NCBI GenBank assembly: GCA_951804945.1
Contig: OX638149.1
Location: 30,938,001-31,002,000 of the forward strand
Reading direction: 5' to 3'
Origin: Podarcis cretensis
Taxonomy: Eukaryota
Length of the DNA: 64,000 nt
Within the stretch, counting starts at the first letter, position 1; every line of letters starts with the position of its first letter. Positions 27,593-37,119 of this stretch are shown here, piece by piece. Made by a program: the position numbers and the translations under genes. Under the pieces are notes generated by a model. The model made no database searches and had not been told where the DNA came from. It was given only the letters and a program-made list of their open reading frames with translations.

Positions 27593-28026
27593 CAGTGGTT
27601 TTCAGCTTGTGTGCTGTGGCACCCTGGGGTGCCTTGAATGATGGTCAGGGGTGCCGCAGGCAACATTGGCCTTTGTCCCTCTTTCTTCCCCCTGCCTCCC
27701 ATGATGCGCCCTCTCGTCTCTGCCTCCCAAAGGCTTGCACAGTTGTTTATTGCAGCAGCCTTGGATATAAGCTCTGCAAGTGAATGGCGCCTCTGGGAGG
27801 CACCTCTCTTTGGGGTAGGGGGGGGGGAGCTCAGAGACCAGGGATGGCAGCAGCAGCTGCCCGGAGGGAACACTCCACAAGGGAGGGTGTTCAAAAAAGG
27901 GTGAGAGGCTGCCAGATCTGCAGGCAAGGGGGTGACATAACTGGGCTCCTGAGTCCCACAGGGGTGCCACAGTAAGAAAGTAGTTGGTTAAGGGAGCCAT
28001 GGGCTCAAAAAGATTGAAAACCTCTG
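27593..28026. mobile_element. hAT-type non-autonomous element
   Basis: CAGTGGTTTTCA...TGAAAACCTCTG ends, imperfect 8-bp TSD ATCTCCAG/ATCTACAA. Confidence 0.65.
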
Positions 28027-28152
28027 ATCTACAACAAGACAAAAAACCATAGAGCTGGAAGGGACCCTGAGAGTCACCTAGTCCAACCCTCTGCAATGTA
28101 GAAATCTCAACACATGGTCTCCCATCCAGTTTGAAACCTTACTGGATCCTGC

Positions 28153-28337
28153 TTAGCTTTGCAAATGTGCTGGTAGATTTATTGCTGCACCACTTTCACC
28201 CCAATTCAGGTATTCCCAGACAGAATCAAAATTCTCAGTAAGTTCCAATTCAGTATTTCTGAACAGAAGCCTCCCCTTGAAATCCCCTAGTGGGAGAATC
28301 ACAACTTTAAGGACAGCAGCAGAGTGTCCCTGGAGAA
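28153..28337 (-). pseudogene. terminal exon of the FBXL18-like locus, inside the ZDHHC22 intron
   Basis: Acceptor ctcttctttcag at 28338. LQGHSAAVLKVVILPL...SVWEYLNW resembles the FBXL18 C-terminus; stop at 28153-28155. Confidence 0.6.
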
Positions 28338-29896
28338 CTGAAAGAAGAGTTGTGTTATTAAGTGAGAAGGAAGCCTGTGTAGGCAATAAACAAAGGTCAA
28401 GAATAAGGTTGCATGGGTTCAGTGCAAAGTGTTAGGTTTATTATGAAGCTGTTCTGGTGAGGCAGAGAATATAAGCAGATGGGAAAGATCAGTTAACTGC
28501 TGACTTCTACAACCAGAGCAGGCAACAAAGGTCCATTTCTTTTGGCTAACATCCCAATGGTTCAACATTACATGTGCCAAATGTCTCTAGATCCAATCCT
28601 GGCAGAAGCCTCTGGTCTAGCCTGCATACATAGGAGGGGTAGGATTAATATATCAACCTCAAACTGTCAATGTTTGGCACATCTGACAACATGGTTGATT
28701 CCCAAAGAGAGGAATTAAGCACAATAACTTCGAAAGCCTCCTGCTTTCTTACAGCTTCATATGGGATGGTGTTCCTGCTCTCCAAGTCATATGACAACAC
28801 ATTTCCTATTCGAATTCTTCCTAGAAGGCTCATTTTGGTGCATTGTTTTATCTTATCTCCTGACATTTAGACTAATGACTGGGATGTTGTTTATATTCTG
28901 CAGAATTTTCCATTTTGACCCTGTCACTAAGAATTAACCACAATGTAAACTACTCTAAAGAAATGTTGGATTTTAACTCCCTCCCTGCCCCCCCCCCGAT
29001 ACGGCAATTAAGGAGCTGCTGAAAAAAGACAACTGAAATATTTATTTAACCGTGCAATCTTATGTATGCCAATCTACTTGGAAGTTGGTTCTGCTTTGTT
29101 CAGTGAGGCTTATTCCCTAGAAAGTATGGTTCCAGCCTTAGTCCTGCATCTTCCTCCCCTTGATTCTGTTTAATTGTAAAGTAGACCTTCTACGTTTGCC
29201 ACATTTCACCTCTGCTTGCTGTACTGTGAAAGAACTGAAATCAGAAGAACCTACCTCATACTGAGGGAAACCAATGGCCTACCTGGCTCAGTTCTGTCAA
29301 CACTGACTGGCAGCAGCCCTTCAGAGGTCCAGACCAGGGACATTCTCAGACCAGTATCCCAGGAGATGCTGAGGATTCTACCTGGGACATGCAAATAGGC
29401 ACTAGCTACAGATTAAGCCACTAACTGCAAACAAGCCATGTTGGCTTCAGGTTTTGGAGGGGGTAGGGAGCTCTGGCAAGATGCTCCCAGGGACACCCTG
29501 CTCCTTGTCACTGTCATCAAGTCTTCTGGGCTCAATGGACAAAGTGAAACCAGTGCAGACTGCAGTTCCGTCTCCTTGCTGTTGGCACTGCTTGCAGGCT
29601 CGGAGAGAGCAGTTAGCAAGAGCGATGGAAGGGTGAGAGGGGCAGCAGAAGCAGGGGGAGCTTTGGGGTACAGCCATGAATTCTCTGCTAGGGTCTAGGC
29701 CCTGGCACACATCACAACAAACTTTCACAGCAAACGTCCTTTGGGCACTGTGCCAACTGCCTCCAGTATAAAAGTATCATTATTAATAATAATATTACTT
29801 ATTGAATTTACATACCACCCTATGATACGTGTGGATAAACCATTTTCTCTGTTCCAGGATGGACAGATATCATCACACTATGAGTGAATGTCCATG

Positions 29897-30246
29897 TTAG
29901 AACATAAGGAAAGCCTGTTGGATCAGGCCCATGGCCCATGTGGTCCAGCATCCTGTTCTCACAGTGGCCAACTGGTAAACCCCACGAGCAGAACCCGAGT
30001 TCGAAACCAATCTACCTCCCTGTAGTTTCTTGCAGTTGGTATTCAGGAGCATCACTGCCTCTGACCATGCAGTTGGAGCATAGCCGTCCCGGCTTGATAC
30101 CCTCAAGGAATTTATCCAATCCCATTTCAAAGCCATCCAAGATGGTGGCCATCCCTGCCTCCTCCCATGGCAGTGAGTTCCATAGCTAAACAATGTACCG
30201 TGTCAAGATGTACTTTCTTTTATCTGTCCCAAATCTCCCAACATTT
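29897..30246 (-). mobile_element. CR1-type 3' end abutting the ZDHHC22 acceptor
   Basis: agaacataag..ggatcaggcc..ccagcatcctgttctcacagtggcc pattern, also seen at ~61430-61900 and ~46700-47000. Confidence 0.65.
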
Positions 30247-30274
30247 TCTCTTCCCTTCCCCTTTGGCTCTGCAG

Positions 30275-30540
30275 GAGCTCTGCTAAGCTCGGAGATGTTT
30301 GTCATCCTCATGCTTTACCTCTGGCTGGGAATCGGACTCGCCTGCGCCGGCTTCTGCTGCCACCAAATGCTGCTGATCTTGCGAGGGCAAACGCGGTACC
30401 AGGTGCGGAAGGGGGTGGCGGCCCGAGCCCGTCCTTGGAAGAAGAACCTGGAAGAGGTCTTTGGGAAAAGGTGGCTGCTCGGACTGCTCATCCCTGTGCT
30501 CAACGTAGGAAGCGACTATCACAGGCAGAAGGAGCAGTGA
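30275..30540 (+). CDS. ZDHHC22: ZDHHC22 last coding exon
   Basis: Polypyrimidine tract plus gcag acceptor at 30274. The phase-1 join gives ...FFSG-ALLSSEMFVILMLYLWLGIGLACAGFCCHQMLLILRGQTRYQVRKG...WKKNLEEVFGKRWLLGLLIP...EQ*. Spliced CDS is 568+266=834 nt (277 aa). Confidence 0.95.
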
Positions 30541-30988
30541 CGCCGCCCGGCACACAGGTGCGCATGCGCACACATACATGCACATGCGTGGGCCATAATG
30601 GAGTTGCAGCACTTTGAGGCACTTCTCTTTCCATCCCCACTTCTCAGCCTTGCCACCTACAGGAAGGGAGGCAACTATCAAGCTAGCTGGGCTGATTCTG
30701 TATTTTAGAAGGGGAAATTGTGGCCCATGTTATATGTGAAGCTACAGCAGTAATCTCTGGGTTGCTAAAAGCGTTCATCAGACCCACCCTTGGGAGTCTG
30801 AATCATTTTCTCACTGTGCCCCTTCTCACAATCTTCTCCCTTCCCACCTTGCCTTTCATGCTTAACTTGCTGTAGGAGTAGCAACAACAACATCCCCCAC
30901 CATCTCAAGGTAGTCTGCGTTGCTCTGAGTAAGCTGTAAGCACAGCAGAGACTCCTGTGGGATTTGCCCAATCTGTTACTTGAAAGCT

Positions 30989-31044
30989 GCTTCTTCTTCT
31001 TCTTCTTCTTCTTCTTCTTCTTCTTCTTCTTCTTCTTCTTCTTC
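30989..31044. repeat. (TTC)n microsatellite
   Basis: About 18 perfect units. Confidence 0.95.
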
Positions 31045-31579
31045 TTTTTGCAGTTTTTCAGCTGACCCCAATATAGCAAGGAGCCGGTTTCACAAGAACA
31101 GCAGAGTGTGGTTGGTGAAGCACTTTAAGGTGCAAGGAATGACAACTGCTGGGGAGGCAGATGGTATATGCCTGCACACTTCAGAGATGACAAGCATTTC
31201 CCTGCCCACTTCCTAGTTGCTCCCCGCCCCCACTCCAACATCCAGGAACGATGGTTAACAGCCTGAGCATGTGGCCTGCCCAAGGTAGCAGGTCTGCTGG
31301 CTGATTTTTATTTTTCTATTTTTTAGAGAATGAGGTTCGTTTTCAACCCACTTGCCCTGATCCCTGACACATAGAGCTGTTTAAAGCCCATCTTGCCAAT
31401 AGGGTGAGGAAACAAGCTTATTTGGGTTGAGCACAATGATGGCAACAGAGACAGCAGGCAAGCGTATGTGAATGGAACGACTGAATGTATGAAGACATTA
31501 AAGTTCTGGACTGTCTTATACTGAGGCAGAGCACCGGTTCACTGAGCCCACGATTGTCTGACTTACAGGGGCTCTACAT

Positions 31580-31829
31580 CAGGAGTAGGCAACCTCACGC
31601 CCATGGGCTGGATGCTGCCCAATTGCCTTCTCAATCCGGCCCACAGACGGTCTGGGAATCAGCGTGTTTTTACATGAGTAGAATGTGTCCTTTTATTTAA
31701 AATGCATCTCTGGGTTATTTGAGGGGCATAGGAATTCGTTCACCCCCCCCAAAAAAATATAGTCCAGCCCACCAAATGGTCTGAGGGACGGTGGACCGAC
31801 CCACGGCTGAAAAAGTTTGTTGACCCCTG
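31580..31829. mobile_element. hAT-type MITE
   Basis: CAGG...CCTG ends, 8-bp TSD CTCTACAT. Confidence 0.88.
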
Positions 31830-34037
31830 CTCTACATGATTGTAAGAAGAAGTATTTTCTAAGCTCAATCTGTTAACTCACAAGTTGGTAACCCACAGCT
31901 TGGTGCCAACAAATGGCCCTCCACCTCCTCTTTAAGAGGAAAAGATGATGAGAGGGAAGTTGTGTGCACATTACTGTGGCTCCTGTGCACTCTCACTGCT
32001 GGTGTTCGAAGCTGAGTGCACACGACCATTAGCCACAGTCCATATGCATCCTGTAGTTTCTGCCGTTTAATGCCTTTCCTCTCAGACCAGCACCTTCCAA
32101 TTTGAAAACGTAAGTTGCAGTTATGCAGAGATGCGTTGCACTTCAGCCATCCGTTGCACATGCGCAGAGGACAGCACATGCGCAGAGCTTGGCTTCCTTG
32201 AATAGGAGTTCGGAAGGTTTGCGGGTGTGGGAAAACAAGCCAGGAAATGGTGTGTAAGGCGATGTAAACATGTGGCTTGAAAATGCAGCAGGTGGAAATG
32301 ACCCCATTGTGTACATGATCATGTAAGTTGTGTACATGCTCAGAAAATGAGGGGATGAGTGTTACTGGATGATGGGCAGATGTGTGAGTGCAAATGGAGG
32401 GATGGGTGAAAGGGAGAAAGTAGCGATGTCCCCCCCCCCTTTTGCTTTGGCCCAACCTCTCACCACCAGTAAGTGTCCCTGTCACTTTCTTCTGATGGAA
32501 TGCAGCCTTTGACACCCCCGCCCCAAAGTTTACCCACCCATTTAATTGGAGATGGCAGGGGCTGAACCTAGGACCTTCAGCACCAAAGCTGCGTGCTTTG
32601 TCACTGGGCTATGGGCTCCTGCCTTCTCAAGGGACCTCTCACATGGAGGAGTCCCCTAAGACTGCATTGTTGCGTATGTGAGAGAGGGGAGTGAATGAGC
32701 AGAGGCTGGAGAAGAAGGGGATGGTGTAGGTGGAGGGACTTATTTGAAAAGTGAGTTGTGTATGAGAATTAACAGGGGTTTCTTTTCCATCATGCTTATG
32801 TTGGAATGAAGGAAGCATAGTCTATGTACTTCTATCTGTAGCCAGCCCTCCCCCATTCCATGTACAAAAGCCAACTAAAATGGCAATGGAATCTTACTTC
32901 AACATTAGGAATGGAGGAGAAAGTTGATTCAGTATGCATTTAAAACTGGATCTCTCAAATCCACACTTTCCAAAACAATATGTGAACTGAAACACAAAGC
33001 TATCCTTTGAAATTTGCACTTATCTGAATTTTGGTTCTTCGACCAATGTTTACAAAAATGCATATTTTAGGAGACACATGCATAAAAATGAAGATATTGG
33101 CAAAAATAATGTGCACAAATGCATTATGTTGGGGGAAAGTGATTGTCCAAATGTGTACATTAATCAAAGTTGCTTATAGAAACGTGTTAAGAGAGTTTGC
33201 ACTAAAATGCTGATGATTTTGCAAATTGCTTCCAAATGTGGAGAAGTCAGTTTAAGATGGGTAAAATGAGAAATGAAGAGAGCCCAAACTGACAGTTCCC
33301 TATTCAACACTGGTGATGGAACAGAGTCACCCAGGGCGCCATGGGGCAGTAAGCTAACCCTGAGGACACACAGCACCGGCTGTCTGGGGCAACTTCCTAA
33401 CTCTGTCTAATGGCAGGGCTGGCTCTTTCAAGAAGTTGCTTCCATAAGGAAATATCTGCTACCCATTCTGCCCAACTAATGTGCAATCTGCCTGACAAAA
33501 GGAAGAGCAGGAATGGTTGGCTAGTAGCTATAGCAGTACTCTTCCTTTTTCACCTTTGGTAAACCCATTTTGCAGCTTTTTAGTGGTGTTGCAAAAAAAA
33601 CAAAAACAAAAAATTCACTGTGATCAATGAAATGTGTATGTACACCCAGGGCAACAATGCCCGTCTTGCACCACTTTCAGCTTTCTTCAAAACTCCCATC
33701 AGTCTCCAACTTAAGAGGGCATGAGATGTAATTTTGCATGTGTCAGGGAGCAACCAAGTGAGATAGTGAACTGAATTATTGAAGGGAAGACTCTAAGTAG
33801 CAGCCCTTGAAGGCAGGCCCTCAAATTAGCACTTTGTAATAAATAATTCTTTCATGATTAATAGGGTGAAGAGTTCATACCATACATGGACGATAAGAGA
33901 CATTTCAAGGAAGAAAACCATTCAATCTCATTTTTTTATTTCTATTTTTATCATCCTTCCACAGCCAAGCTCTGTTCCATATTGTTATTCTAATCATGAC
34001 TGCCTCTTGGGCCACACCAACCTGTTCTGTCTTAAAA

Positions 34038-34145
34038 CTGCCTCCCCCAATCTGGCACCCATAATGTTTTGGGCTACAACTCCCATCAGACACAGCCAGC
34101 CACATAGTCCAAAACATCTGGAGGGCACCAAGTTGGGGAAGGATG
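34038..34145. mobile_element. short hAT-like MITE
   Basis: CTGCCTCCCCCAATCTGG...CCAAGTTGGGGAAGGATG with an internal ctacaactcccatca motif; similar cores at ~23690, ~36070, ~60040 and ~63770. Confidence 0.6.
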
Positions 34146-34150
34146 TCTTA

Positions 34151-34400
34151 GAGCCAGTGTGGTGTAGTGGTTAAGAGCAGTAGTCTCGTAATCTGGGGAA
34201 CTGGGTTCGCGTCTCTGCCCCTCCACATGCAGCTGCTGGGTGACCTTGGGCCAGTCACACTTCTCTGAAGTCTCTCAGCCCCACTCACCTCACAGAGTGT
34301 TTGTTGTGGGGGAGGAAGGGAAAGGAGAATGTTAACCGCTTTGAGACTCCTTAAAGGGAGTGAAAGGCGGGATATCAAATCCAAACTCTTCTTCTTCTTC
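34151..34400 (+). mobile_element. tRNA-derived SINE with (TTC)n tail
   Basis: Head GAGCCAGTGTGGTGTAGTGGTTAAGAG with an A-box-like motif; near-identical inverted copy at 49768-50025. Confidence 0.85.
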
Positions 34401-36459
34401 TTAATGATGCTTCTAGCAACATCTTCATTCAACTCCATGGGGGCAATTAACTTAGTTTAGTCTAAACTGCAGGGATTAATCAGATCAGTGGAGAAGCTGA
34501 TATACAACTTGGACATACACCCATTGTCCCTGTACCAGAACCCTATAGTGGATGGTGCCTTATTTTTTTTAAAAAAGGTAACAAAATCTGTCAGCCTCTT
34601 TCAGCTAAGCACATTTTATGCTGGTGCCCATATTGGATTTTGCAGACATTGAAAATCCATCACTTTTTCACAATTCAGAAATAGATATTTGTGTTTCACT
34701 TATTTTTAAATTAGGAACTTACATCCTGAAAATGGAAATCTAAGCACATGCGCTAATGCTGAAATCTGCCCACAGAAGAACCCCACGAACAAAACACATT
34801 TTACCTTTTTCCATATGCAAATTACCTATTTATTTTCTACAACTTGACCCCGCCCTTTTGGTACCTGTGCTTTAAAACGATAAAATCAACAACTGAAACA
34901 ATTAAAGCAGAATAAACACAGAAAATAAATGAGCAGCATTTAAAACCTAGCAGGAGCTCCGAAGTTAAAATTAGCACAGACTATTTATAAGGCTAGGTGG
35001 GGGGGGGGGGAGAGATATTCAGCTGGTGCCAAAACAACACAAAGAGGAGTACCAGGAAAGTTTGCCTGGGAAGAGTGTTCAACAAAGAGGGCACCACCAT
35101 TGAGAAGGCTTTCTCCCCAGTCATCATCCAGCTCACCTCAGAGGGTAGAGGCACCCGGAAGAGTCAACATTTCCTCAACATTCAAGTTAGGACAAGTGTC
35201 ATATTTGTATTAGTAACATAAGGAAACCTTAATGCTGCTCTTGAGTTGGCTGGAAGGATCACATTTAGCAATTGGTGCTGGATCTTTTCCTTTCACAACA
35301 TGGTTGGTTCACATTTGGTGGAGAGATGTGGTCCAAGTCATATTTCTCACATTTCCACTGACAATAAGCTTTGGCCATGTCCTTGTCACATAGCTTTGTA
35401 GTGCCAATATGCACACAAAAGAAACATATTAAATAAGCATATTCTGAAGAGGTGTTTTGACCTTGAGAACATCTCAAAAGAAGAAATTGCTAACAGGTTA
35501 GATAGATGGTAGCACACATAGAGAAGTGGCTTACTAAATAAGACATGTGCTTGCATGAAAATGCCTTTATTTACCTAGCTATCTCCTCTGCTGCATTTTC
35601 ACACTTAACAATAAAATGTATTGATTTTTTTTAAAATAAAAAAAGTTTGTCTCTTCCGTGCTGTGATCTTTAACTTCTCTTTTGGGAAATGGGGAGGAAG
35701 GATGAGGATGCTAGATTCTTAAATAGCATGAACAAAAGAATTCATTTTATTATTACATAAAATATTTCAAGTTAGCCTAGCAATTAGATATCAGGTCAGC
35801 GTAAAAATAAGGCCAAAAAGGGTCATGCCAGCATCATAAAATTTTAAACCATAAAATCGTAAAATGATGTAGCTTATTGATTTTCTCTTTCTCTCTGGTT
35901 CTACAATGTGTCTCTCTTGTGTAACTACTCTTGGCTTTTCATTTTGGACTCCTTAAATCTTTAATGCTAAATCTCTTATATAAGAAACAAAGATTCATGA
36001 ACTGCTGCATGCTACGTTTTCAACATCAGAGAGTTCAGTCCTGGAAAGTTGAGGAACCTTAGGCTCCCCAGGTGTTTTTGGATTACAACCCCATCAGCTT
36101 CTGCCAAGTTGGCCAATGGTCAGGAATGATGAAAACTAGAGTCCAATAGCATCTGAAGCACACCAGTTCCTCCACCCCTGCTTGCTCATAAAAATCCTCT
36201 GGAGAGGCTCTCCTCCAGAATTTCTCCCATCAGCATGTGAATTGAGTTAGGCTGGGTAACAGGAAATGACCTTGCTCCTTGACGGTTTTCTGTCACCTTG
36301 TGATGACCGTTTTATTTTACCAGGCCTGCCACGTGATTATTTTTATGTTCTCTTTTAAGAATTTTTCTTTACAGAGTTTTGTGTGCTATCCCAGTCTCTT
36401 TTCGTATTGTTTATTTAGGGGTGTGTGTGTGTGAATGCTTTTTTACAAAGCTACTGTAC

Positions 36460-37050
36460 TACCAACCTTACTGTATGCTTGTGAAACAATGACTTATAAC
36501 ACCATTGCCAGCTCCTTGAAAGATTCCATCAACGCTGTCTCCAAAAAATTTTATACCTAACTTGGGAAGACAGGCAAACTAATGCCAGTGTACTGGAAGA
36601 AGCAAAGGTCACCAGTGTTGAAGCAATGATTCTTCAACATCAGCTTCCTTGGACTGATCATGTTGTTCGGATGCCTGATTATCTTCTTCCAAAGCAACTA
36701 GTCTATTCCAAACTTAAAAATGGAAACGTAATGCTGGTGGTCAACAAAAGAGGTTTAAAGACTCTCTCAAGGCAAATCTAAAAAAATGTAGTATAAACGC
36801 TGACAACTGGGAAACACTGGCCTGCGAGTGCTCCAATTGGAGAACAGCCTTTGAAGATGCTCGAAGCCAGGATGAAAGGGAGAAGCGAGCTAAGAGGAAG
36901 GCACGCTTGGCAAACCCTCACTGTGATCAACTGCTGCTCGGAAACCTATGTTCCCACTGTGGAAGGAAAAGTGGATCCAGAATTGGCCTCCATTGTCACT
37001 TATAGACTCACTCTTAAGACCGTGTTAATGAAAGATAATCTTACTCATGA
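36460..37050 (+). mobile_element. RTE-clade LINE 3' fragment
   Basis: Degenerate LERFHQRCLQKIL..WEDRQTNASVLEEAK..HVVRMPDY.LPKQL..GGQQKRFKDSLK peptide. Confidence 0.85.
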
Positions 37051-37073
37051 AAGATAATGAGTGATCACCAAAG

Positions 37074-37075
<2 letters not shown>

Positions 37076-37118
<43 letters not shown>
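37076..37118. repeat. (GT)n microsatellite
   Basis: Seen directly; further (GT)n tracts at ~18263-18290 and ~40116-40148. Confidence 0.95.

Positions 37119-37119
<1 letters not shown>

Larger units (their letters stand above)
28153..34438 (-). pseudogene. FBXL18-like pseudogene, module 2 (multi-exon, disabled, antisense-interleaved with ZDHHC22)
   Basis: Collinear with recalled FBXL18: MELNEDVARSII..KMRLNGFLP* (34438-33905); CKITSHAL~CHLTSLRL (~33740); GVISTC~GVVPCC and HNCNLRFQIGR~HYQNLRVFYAR (32340-31960); NRLLAILGSAEKLQ..SFQVTDWAN~KNLLDSMARNVVLDALQLPKSWLN (31100-30860); ELQSALVSLC~HLRSLSLPVC (~29550); GQNGK..DKIKQCTKM..LESRNTIPYEAV~GMMGK..DMLKHCKRL..LVSRSGTLQPDAV (28920-28645); AVLKVVILPL..ELTENFDSVWE~ALNVVIFPL..EITLFKSRVAE (28337-28153). 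Confidence 0.7.

Noticed and set aside
30765-31216. Poly-Lys / poly-Ser ORFs
   Set aside because: Artefacts of the (TTC)n microsatellite.
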